Assembly (NCBI GenBank): GCA_965232875.1
Contig: OZ247431.1
Location: 2,744,376-2,808,375, forward strand
Direction of reading: 5' to 3'
Length of the DNA stretch: 64,000 bases
From: Dehalococcoidia bacterium
GTDB taxonomy: Bacteria; Chloroflexota; Dehalococcoidia; Bin125
Shown here: one piece after another, positions 46,025-55,300 of the stretch
How positions within the stretch are numbered: position 1 is the stretch's first letter
Layout of the letters: the number at the start of each line of letters is the position of its first letter
The notes under the pieces: generated by a model
The model's input: only the letters and a program-made list of their open reading frames with translations
What the model was told of the DNA's origin: nothing
The model's database searches: none
Position numbers and translations under genes: made by a program

Positions 46025-46525
46025 ATGAAAGTCCTGGTCAGCGACAGTTCCATCTTGATTGAGTTCTCGAAGCGGGACATCTTGCACAAGATGTTCGAGC
46101 TGGAGTTTCAGTTTGCCGTGCCTGATCTGCTGTTCCACGAGGAACTGATTGACCTCGGTTCCTACAGCCGACAAGACCTGCTGGGTTTCGGACTGAGGGT
46201 GGAAGCGCTGGGTGCGGACGGCGTGGCGATGGCCGTTGGCTACCAAGCAGAACGAGCGGCACTCAGCCTGGTAGACGCATTTGCGCTCGCGCTTGCCGGA
46301 ACTCATGGATGGCGCATCCTGACCGAAGACAGGACCATGCGTCGCTTCGCAGAGACTAAGAGCATTGCGCACTTGGACGCGCTCTGGGTCTTCGACAGGA
46401 TGCTTGACACGAGTGTGCTATCTGGTCCTCAAGCCTTGGTTGTGTTGGAAGCGATGCTCAACGATCCAAGATGTCCTGTGCCCAACCCTGAACTAGCCAG
46501 CCGCATTGAGACTCTTCGAGATTGA
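46025..46525 (+). CDS. PIN-like domain protein (DUF4411-like partner of ImmA/IrrE regulators)
   Basis: N-terminal MKVLVSDSSILIEF (PIN-like acidic residue in a beta-strand). 166 aa. 9 bp downstream of the regulator stop. The DUF4411 assignment is from memory of the family pattern, not an alignment. Confidence 0.45.
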   Translation: MKVLVSDSSILIEFSKRDILHKMFELEFQFAVPDLLFHEELIDLGSYSRQDLLGFGLRVEALGADGVAMAVGYQAERAALSLVDAFALALAGTHGWRILTEDRTMRRFAETKSIAHLDALWVFDRMLDTSVLSGPQALVVLEAMLNDPRCPVPNPELASRIETLRD

Positions 46526-46945
46526 GTTGCTAGAGCGCGATCGAAGCGCGCAAGAGGATGTTGCGAAATAATCTCCGAGCCGTTGCCCCTAACGCGGAAG
46601 ATGACCGAGGAGCCATTTGGTTGGAATCAGGCTGCTTTACAGGGCATCGCTCGCTCGCGGGTTGCTCGCCACATCGCTTGCGCCGCTCAACACACCTCCC
46701 CACCAAACTGGACAAAATCAAGAACCTTCGAGATTCGATTCGCGCTGGAACGTTGATTCGCTGCCGACGTCAGGTCCCCAGATTCGTCCGGATCAGGCTC
46801 CGGTGCTCCTGGCACACGATTACGCAGCGTCGCAATACCGCCATTTGGGCGACCCAAGAGCGCAAGGCCCTGAGTGCTTCTTCGAAGTCTCGATTTAGCC
46901 TTTCAAGAGGTTCTCGTCCGAAGAACATCGAAGAAGAGGCGCCGG

Positions 46946-49240
46946 ATGAAAATAGAGCGGATTGACAAACTCCACGGGTGCGGAGTGTTTCGAGACTTCA
47001 CATGGTCGGACGTTCCAGACCTGCAAGAGTTCGGCCGATTCAACCTCATCTACGGATGGAATGGTTCTGGCAAGACCACCCTCAGCCGCATCCTCCGGAG
47101 CCTGGAACTGCGGAGAAGGCCTCAAGGCGAGGACGTCGCGCTGCGCGTCACTGGGCGCAGGATCGAAGGCTCGGAATTCGGCGAAGTCCAGCCGGAGACA
47201 ATTGCCTTGAAGGTCTTCAATCAAGACTTCGTCAAAGACAACGTCTTTCGTCCTGACGACGATGGTATGACCCCCATTGTGGTGCTGGGCAAAAGGAGCA
47301 TTGAGGCACAGCAGAAGATTGACCAGCTCAAAGCAGAGCTCGAGACATTGAATCAGGAACTGGCCGCCTCCGAAAGGAAAGAACGCGACTTCCTGCGTGA
47401 CCTGGACAATCACTCCAAGACAAATGCGCGCACATTGAAGGATCTGCTCGGCAACCAACCGAAGAGCGCTTACCGGAACTACAACCGGGGCCATTACGAG
47501 ACGCGCGCCGACACAATGATCGCCGCTGGTGCTCCTGAGATTCTTCGACTCAGCGACGAGGAACGCATCGCGCTCGTTCAACGCCAGGCTGAGACACAGA
47601 GGGACACAGTCTCCCTGCCTGACTTCGACCCAGTCGATCTTGCTGAATCGGAAACAGAGGCCTCCGTCCTTCTGGCGACGACCGTAACGTCGACAGCACT
47701 AGATTCACTCGCTCGCGATCCGGCCCTCGCTGAATGGATACGCGACGGTCTTCACATCCACGCCGATCGATCTGCCGGCGAATGCTTGTATTGCAGCCGC
47801 CCCATGCCAAATGAGCGCTTAGAGACTCTGCGAGACTACTTCGATGGCGCTCACGGAAAACTCATGAGGGACATCGAGTCCGCAATCTCGAAGTGTCAGG
47901 CCGAAGCCGAAAGGATGAGGGCGCTTCGCTCTGCACTGCCAATTGCCGACCAGCTCTATGCCGATCTGTCAGAGCCTTTTGAGGAAGCAAAGGAGCGACT
48001 ATATGCGGAAACGGATCAGGCTGACTCCTTCTTGCACCGGCTGACCGATGATCTGGGCAGCAAGAAGGAGCGGGCGTTCGAGTCGCTCAGTTTGGGATAT
48101 CAGGCACCCTCGAGTGGTGTCGACAGTTTTGCGTCGGTTGCAGGGATCATCGAAAAACACAACGAGGTGTGCGCCGAGTTCCAAGCCAGCGTCGAGCGGG
48201 CACGGGAGTCAATTGAATCGGATTTCATTGCCGAACGTCTTGACGCCTACAAGAGCCTCAAGTTTGGACTCAAGACGACTCAAGTCACCCAAGAACGGGT
48301 CAATCGACGAGTGAGAGAGATCCGAGAGGAAATCGCTCGGCTCGAATCCGACATCTTGGACCATCGCCCTCCCGCAGACGACTTGAATGCTGATTTACGC
48401 AACTACCTGGGTCCTGGAGCGATGCAACTGGCTGTCAATGAACACGGGTACACGCTCATGCGCGACGGCTGGCCGGCGGAAAACCCGAGCGAAGGGGAGA
48501 TGACCGCCATTGCGCTCTTGTATTTTCTCAGATCGTTGAATAGCCATGGATTTGACCTCAAGCAGGGGGGCGTCGTTCTCGATGACCCAGTGTCGAGTCT
48601 CGACGAAAACGCGCTCTTCACCGCGGCTTCTTACATACGTCGGAGGACTCAGGGCGCCGGGCAACTCATCATTTTGACGCACAACTTCGCCTTCTTTCGT
48701 GAGATGCGGAACTGGCTCAGGAATGTCAAAGAACCACGCAAGAAGGGCCCAGCGAAGCGGCCGGCGCGGTTCTACATGTTGAGGTGCAGCGTCATTGACG
48801 GAAAGAGGGCTGCTGTGTTGCGGCCGTTAGACCGGTTGCTAGCGCAATACGAATCCGACTATCACTATCTCTTCAGCCGCATCTATCGCGCGGCGAACAC
48901 TCCCAGCAATATTCTAGAAGACAACTACGCTCTACCGAACATGGCGCGTAGGATGCTCGAGGCGTTTCTGGCATTCAAGCACCCGCAGTCGGACAGCCTG
49001 TGGAACAAAGTCAACAGGTTGAGTTTCGACGAAGTCAAGAAAACGCAGGTGTTGCGCTTTCTGAATGTCTATTCCCACGACGAGACGATTGGAACCCCGC
49101 AGCATGATCCCACCCTGTTGGCGGAGTCAAACACAGTATTGGGGAATCTTCTGGAGCTTATCCAAGCTGTAGACCGCGAACACTACGACGCGATGATCAC
49201 ATTAATCGAGCAAGCAGGCGCAGGAGATGTCGACAGTTGA
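46946..49240 (+). CDS. AAA_13-family ATPase (PrrC/RloC-like, Rad50-like coiled-coil insert with CxxC hook)
   Basis: MKIERIDKLHGCGVFRDFTW...FNLIYGWNGSGKTTLSRIL (AAA_13 N-terminal hallmark plus Walker A), CLYCSRPM (CxxC), Walker B-like VVLDDPVSSLDE, C-terminal LPNMARRMLEAFLAFKHPQ. The start was moved to the ATG with RBS at 46946. Confidence 0.7.
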   Translation: MKIERIDKLHGCGVFRDFTWSDVPDLQEFGRFNLIYGWNGSGKTTLSRILRSLELRRRPQGEDVALRVTGRRIEGSEFGEVQPETIALKVFNQDFVKDNVFRPDDDGMTPIVVLGKRSIEAQQKIDQLKAELETLNQELAASERKERDFLRDLDNHSKTNARTLKDLLGNQPKSAYRNYNRGHYETRADTMIAAGAPEILRLSDEERIALVQRQAETQRDTVSLPDFDPVDLAESETEASVLLATTVTSTALDSLARDPALAEWIRDGLHIHADRSAGECLYCSRPMPNERLETLRDYFDGAHGKLMRDIESAISKCQAEAERMRALRSALPIADQLYADLSEPFEEAKERLYAETDQADSFLHRLTDDLGSKKERAFESLSLGYQAPSSGVDSFASVAGIIEKHNEVCAEFQASVERARESIESDFIAERLDAYKSLKFGLKTTQVTQERVNRRVREIREEIARLESDILDHRPPADDLNADLRNYLGPGAMQLAVNEHGYTLMRDGWPAENPSEGEMTAIALLYFLRSLNSHGFDLKQGGVVLDDPVSSLDENALFTAASYIRRRTQGAGQLIILTHNFAFFREMRNWLRNVKEPRKKGPAKRPARFYMLRCSVIDGKRAAVLRPLDRLLAQYESDYHYLFSRIYRAANTPSNILEDNYALPNMARRMLEAFLAFKHPQSDSLWNKVNRLSFDEVKKTQVLRFLNVYSHDETIGTPQHDPTLLAESNTVLGNLLELIQAVDREHYDAMITLIEQAGAGDVDS

Positions 49241-49274
49241 ACGAGGCAGTTTCCGTTGAGCATTGTGGGCGAAC

Positions 49275-51125
49275 TCAATGCCAGTCGTGGGCGTCGGGCA
49301 GGGGGATATCGGCGCCGACGGCTTCGATGCGTTCGGCGGCGAGGTTGGTAGTACCGTCCCAGCGGTTGATCCGGCCGCTGATGATGATCAGCGGATTTGA
49401 GAGGGCTCGGCGGCACTGGGCAAAGACCTGGGGGCGGATGATCGCCTGGACATCGCCGGTCTCGTCTTCGATGGTGACGAAGACGATGCCGTCCGCGCCT
49501 TGGGGGTGCTGTCGAGCGATCACCCAGCCGGCGACGTGGATGCGCTCGCCGTCCCCGGCTTGGTAAGTATCGGACGTCGTGAGCACATCGGGGTCCAGCG
49601 TCGGACGGATGAACTCCATCACGTGGCCACGGGGGTAGATGTCCAGCGCCTGGTACTCGCCGACCATCTTGTCGTAGTCGCTGAGGTCGTCGAATCTGGG
49701 CGGCGGCTCCGCTCCGATCACGGGGAAGGCGCGTTGACCGTTGCGCGCGGACGGAATCGAGAGACCGGCTTCCCAGAGCGCCTCGCGTCGGTTGGGTGTG
49801 AGCGCTTCGAACGCGCCCGCCTCGATCAGCGAGCGCACGGCCCGCGGCTTGAGTCCGGTGCGGCGCACGAGCTCGCCCGCGTCGGCGTAGGGGCCGTGGC
49901 GCTCGCGCTCTGTCACGATCAGCTTGGCCGACTCTGCGCCGATGTCCTTGATCATGCCCAGTCCGAGCCGCACTGCGCCGTCCTCAGGCTGCGCCCGCAC
50001 GTCGCTGCGGTTGACGCAGGGATTGAGGAAGGGGACGCCGAAGCGGCGGGCGTCCTCTTTCAGCGTCTCGACGGGATAGAAGCCCATCGGCTGTTGGTTG
50101 ACCAGCGAGACGAAGAACTCCAGCGGGTAGCGGCGCTTGAGCCAGGCGGCCTGATAGGCGGTGATTGCAAACGCGTGCGAGTGCGACTCGGGGAACATGT
50201 AGTGACCGTTGATCTTGGCGAAGATGCGCTCTGCCGCGTCCGTCGGGACGCCGTTCGTTTGCGCCCCTTCGAGGAATCGCTGGCGGTGCATCGCGAGCGG
50301 ATGCTCATTGTTCTGCCGCGCGAAGGCGCGGCGCACCTCGTCGGCTTCGGCCGCGGTCATCCCGGCCACATCCATGATCAGCTGCACGACCTGCTCCTGC
50401 CAGACGATGATCCCGTAGCCCCGCTCCAACGCGCGCCGCTCCAGCGGATGGTCGTAGTCCCACTCGGCCCCGTGTCGGTAGCGCTCGACGAACTGCGAGA
50501 CGGCGCTGCCCTGCGTGCCGACGCCGGGTCGGATCAGCGCCACCTGGTAGGCGAGGTCGCGCAGGTTGCGCGAGCGGAGCCGCTGGCCCATCTTCAGTTG
50601 GGCCGGCGACTGGAGCAGAAAGACGCCTTTCGACTGGCCCGCGTTGATCAGGTCGTAGACGCCGTCGTCCTCGGGGTCGATCCGGCTGAGATCGGGCCGC
50701 TGTCCCGTGCGCCGCTCGATCAGCTCCAGCGCCTCCTCAAGCTGGTCCAGGACCGGTAGGGACAAGAGGTCGATCTTGGCGAAGTTGGCGTCGGCGACGC
50801 TGTCCTTGTTCCAGTCCATGATCTAGCGGCCGTCCATCGCGGCGGCGCGGATGGGAACCAGTTCGGGGATCGGCGTGTCCGAGAGGATCATCCCGCCGAC
50901 GTGCTGGCCGAGTCCGCGCGGCGCGTTCATCAAGTCGGGCGCCAGCGCGATCAGGTCGCGCCAACCGTGCGCCCCGACCTTGTCGCGGAAGTCGGGCAGG
51001 AAGCGCTCGAGCGTCAGGTTCCACTTGAGCGGATCGATGTGGCTGATGCCGATCAGGTAGCCGACCAGCAGCGCCACCGAGGACCCACGCTCAGCCGAGC
51101 AGCCAGGGGCAGATGATCGACGACC
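49275..51125 (-). pseudogene. dnaE2: decayed dnaE2-type (error-prone) DNA polymerase III alpha gene: C-terminal about 515 aa intact, upstream part frameshifted, internally deleted and 5'-truncated
   Basis: ORF 49275-50819 carries DnaE finger/thumb/OB regions (KIDLLSL, GYGIIVWQEQV, ...). The adjacent ORF 50823-51350, in another frame, carries LLVGYLIGISHIDPLKWNL..ERFLPDF and then, after only about 30 aa, HVGGMILSD..PIPELVPI. These segments are about 200 aa apart in intact DnaE. No PHP domain is upstream. Confidence 0.7.
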
Positions 51126-51371
51126 ACCGCGTGGCGGCGCGAACGATCCACGACCAGGCCCGGGCAATCCGCCAGCTCGGGCCGTCGCGCCAGCTCCAGA
51201 CGCGCCCGGAAATGATTCACCAGGACGCAGCCGATCGCGCGGTCGCCGGTCATCTCCCTCTCCTGTTCTCGAGTCGAACGCGAAGTACATAGTACAGATG
51301 TTCCCATCGCGGTGCCGCACTCGCCCGGGAATGAGGTGGTAGGCTCCCATGACACCGCGAAAGGCTTCACG

Positions 51372-52337
51372 ATGGCGGCAAGATGGCGGAGATTGCGACC
51401 ACGGGACGTCGCGCTGTTCGTGGCTGTCGCTGCGGTCGTGGCGGTGCTGGGTGTGATGATCGGCCGTGAGTTGGGCATCGGACAGCAGACCGGTGCGAGC
51501 GTTGCGTCTTCTCCGGCCGACGAATCCCCTCCGCTCCCCCAGCAGCAGTCTGAAGAAACCACCGCGCTGACCCTGACCCTGTCCGCACCCGAGATTTGCG
51601 AAACGGAGCGTGGGCGAGGCTACGCCGGAGACGAGTTCATTTACGATGACGATGGCAAGGCAATCGGCACCCGGGACATCAGTACAGGTTGGGATGGCGT
51701 CGCCGAAATCCCTGTCAGGTGGGAGGTGACCGGCGGAACAGCGCCATTCACCCTAGTAATCGACAACGAGAGCCGCGATGGCGATGGTCCGTATGAGGGA
51801 GCATCTGGCATAGCTTCGGTCAGTTGCGCCGTGACCTCGGCTGAGGTGTTTTACACCTCCTACAACGAGCGTCGCTTCCGCGGCGACCCAGAGATTGATT
51901 CCGGACCAAAGACGATTCGCGCCACTGTGACCGACGCGAACGGCGTCACTGGGGAAGCATCAGTGCACATCTACGCGATCCTGGTTATCGGCGGTGGGGT
52001 GTATGAGCGTGGAGGGGAGGATGTTGCACATCGACTCCTTCCTGGTAGAACATACCGCTACGATGGTCACCTATTCACCATTCCCGAAAGCATCACGCTT
52101 GTGGCGAGCCATGCTTGGGATGCAGATGGAGGTGGGTCTGCCCAAGTCCTGCTCATCGAGGGCACTGAGTCCAGACTTGCGATCAACATCCATGGCGAAG
52201 AGGTTCAACGTATTATCCGCGTGCCTGCTGATGCTGTCTTCGGGTCATCTACGGAAGCGTCATCAACAATAGACGATGCTCTCAATGAATTCTTCGCGTC
52301 GCGCGGTAAAGCGCCGAGCGTCGGCCGCAACGAATAG
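51372..52337 (+). CDS. secreted or membrane-anchored protein with a domain related to the repeats of the downstream giant protein
   Basis: Signal-anchor AARWRRLRPRDVALFVAVAAVVAVLGVMIG. Segment WEVTGGTAPFTLVIDNE resembles the (V/W)TGGSG..VTVDG repeats in the 52343-59755 protein. Confidence 0.5.
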   Translation: MAARWRRLRPRDVALFVAVAAVVAVLGVMIGRELGIGQQTGASVASSPADESPPLPQQQSEETTALTLTLSAPEICETERGRGYAGDEFIYDDDGKAIGTRDISTGWDGVAEIPVRWEVTGGTAPFTLVIDNESRDGDGPYEGASGIASVSCAVTSAEVFYTSYNERRFRGDPEIDSGPKTIRATVTDANGVTGEASVHIYAILVIGGGVYERGGEDVAHRLLPGRTYRYDGHLFTIPESITLVASHAWDADGGGSAQVLLIEGTESRLAINIHGEEVQRIIRVPADAVFGSSTEASSTIDDALNEFFASRGKAPSVGRNE

Positions 52338-52342
52338 TACGC

Positions 52343-55300
52343 ATGACGCTCCGTCTCTTCCTCTTTGCTGTAGTGGTCGGTCTCGCCACGGCGCTAGGCG
52401 TCTTGGGCGGCTTCGCGCACAAGATCGAAAGCAGGGTGACTCTTGGGCCCAATCGCAGTGAGACCTTGTCGCAACCCCACCAACCTGCCTGGCATGCCGA
52501 CGCCAGCACCTGGACTGGTGCCAAGCGCTTACTCAATCCAAATGTCATAGAGGGTAGGTCAACCACAATCTGTACCGAAGACGCGACTTTGGTCGGCGCT
52601 CTCAATACCGCCGCACAACGTTGGAAAGACGCCCTCAAACAATCGTACATCCTCCTCGCAGTGGTGGACGATGGATCCGATGGCCCTCTCACGCCATGCA
52701 CATCAAGCGTGGACTTCGACGTGTTGCTCCGTCGTGCGGATGACTCCGACATGGATTGCATAGAGGCTCCCGCGTGCTACGTGTATATTCCCAAGAAGAG
52801 CAAACATCGACGGCTCTTCTCGCACGAAGGCAGCAGCGAATATTCGCTGCTCCTATGGCGGCGTGCCGACGCATCGGTTTCGACGATGGTGCACGAACTG
52901 GGCCATGTGCTCGGACTTGACGACTATGCAGAGTCCGACAAGGTGGAAACGAACAATTGCGACCACTTTCGTGATGTAGCTGTCGATTCGCTTGGAGATC
53001 ACTTTTCGGTGATGACCTACAGCGGAGACACACCGGAGTGCCGCACCCATGGCGTGATCACGGGCCGTGACCTTCGGGACTTCTATGAGGCCTACCATGT
53101 TGGGCCCTTGACTGGGGTGAAGATGAAGGGAGCGGTGACGGTGACATCGAGCAAACGTGTCAACGCCACCTTCTATTGGGGCGAGACGGGCGCACTGGAA
53201 CTCAGTCACAATGCGAAGTACGTTTTGGCTCAGCGCAAGCGCGGAGAGGGCTGGGATACTGTGGGGTCGGCCGAGGCATTCAAGAAAAATGGCGAACCAC
53301 GAGAGATGATTAGTATCATCCACTGCGATGGAATTGCGAGTCAGTATCGGTTGGTCGGCGCCTCGGCATTTCGTATGGGGCTGAAGAGGTTCGTAGACCA
53401 AGACTCGCTGGCGGCTCCGTTGGCCACGCTGGTCGAAGATCCACCATCAAGTTGCGGTACCAGCTTGGAGTCGGATGAGTCCAGTACCGGAGCGCAGGTG
53501 GCGATCGGTGACGCTTCCTTTGTCGTTGGCGTTGCTGCCTGGAACGGGAAGGATGACGGTGATGATTGGTGTACAGGCAAAGATAACTGCCCACTGGTGT
53601 TGAGCGCCAGCGTGACACGATCCTACTGCTACACAGGTGCGGTCAGGCCAAAGATCATTTTCACGCCGTCCGGTGGGGAGAGCGACAGCGACCCGTATAT
53701 TGCGATTACCGGCGGGCATGTGCCTCCTCCGACCCTGAAGGCTCCTCCTCCAGTACCGCAGTGCCATCTCACGGAGGGCACTGCGAGTTTCACAGTGACC
53801 GCTCGCTGGGGGCTCAAAGCGGACGATCCTTCACGTTCGATTGTCCTACCGGTGCGAGTGATTGCAAGACCTAAGCCTATAGGGGCGATCAACGAGAGTG
53901 GCGGAATCGGCGTTTCCGTATTGACAGTGCCTGCGCACGAGTCGCCGAGCGGTGAGGACGTACTGCTGAGGACGACTTACTGCCTAGCAGGTGAGGAGGT
54001 CAGAATCGTCAATAGCGAACACGCTATGTCGCTGTGGCTCGACGGTGATTTGCAAACGGGGACCTCCGTTGTCACTCAGTGCCCTGTCCAGGATGCGAGT
54101 CTGGACATTCTGTCGCTGAGACGCGATGGAGGCGGACGAGAGGTTCAAGTACCGAGCTTGGAACAGCTAGGTGCTCCCTTCCTCAATTCGTCAGTGACCT
54201 GCATGGCCGGCGGGATGACCACTGCGGTGTTCACCATCTCTGGGGGACAACCTCCCTATGGTGTAACACTTAGGGGCGGGCTGGCTGAAGTCGTTCGCTC
54301 CACCCAGAGAGATGGTCTCACTACTGTGCCAATCGAATGTCCACGACGCTCAGTGAGTGGCCAATCGCTATCCGTTCATGTAGTCGACAACGGCAGCCGA
54401 TCGGCAAGGGCTGATACTCAGCTGAGGGTGAGTTGCCCTGGAACGATTGGTATGCCCTCAACGCCTTCCGTGGAACCTGGGACGATAAAGTCCAGCAGTG
54501 TAGCTCTCTCTTGGACGGAGGTGCTGTGTGCTGAAGAGTACGAGGTGAGCTACGAGAAGGTCGGTGGAGACGGCCAGCTGATGACGAAAAGGACAGCGCA
54601 CTTGTCTGTCCCAGTGGACGGCTTGCTGGCGAACACGGCGTATCGGTTTGTTGTGCGAGCTCGCGTTGGCTCCAGTTGGAGCGCACCAAGTGCTGGCGTG
54701 AGCGTCCAGACGGCCCCTGCTGCGCCCAGCTTGAAAGTTGATTTTCGGAGCTGGGCGGGGGATGAAGGCGGCAGTTATAGGGTCGATGTGTCCTGGCCGC
54801 AGGTACCGGGAGCGACTTCGTACTCGGACGTGTCCGATGTGAGTCCCGGCGAGGTGAGTCCTGCACGCATCGGGGCATCGCAGGGGCCAAACTGCCGCAA
54901 AGGAGCGTCTGACGTCGAGTGGATATGCGAGAATCTCGCGCCGGACCAGATGTATGAGATTGCGGCGCGGGCGGTCAACAGCAATGGCGATGCGTCGGAC
55001 CCGGGCACGGTGGCATTCTGTCTCGGCCCGTGCGAAGTGCGGGTGAGCGAGATCTCGGCGAGCGGCGTTCGGGTGGATTGGGAAGGGCTGTTCGACCCGG
55101 CGTACTTCCAAGAGGTGCGGATTTTGGAGAACGGCGGCGCGGTCGCCAACCACGGGGGGCGGAGCATCGGGATCACGATTCCGAGTTCGAAGATCGATAA
55201 GGGCAAGGGGCTCAAGGCGGAGACCACGTACCGGGCCGAGGTGCGCACCTGGTACACGCCCAAATCGGGCTGGGGGGCGTGGGCGGGCGTCGAGTTCACG

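Noticed and set aside
49500-50759. 419-aa plus-strand ORF
   Set aside because: Antisense to the dnaE2 remnant, whose frame carries recognisable DnaE motifs.
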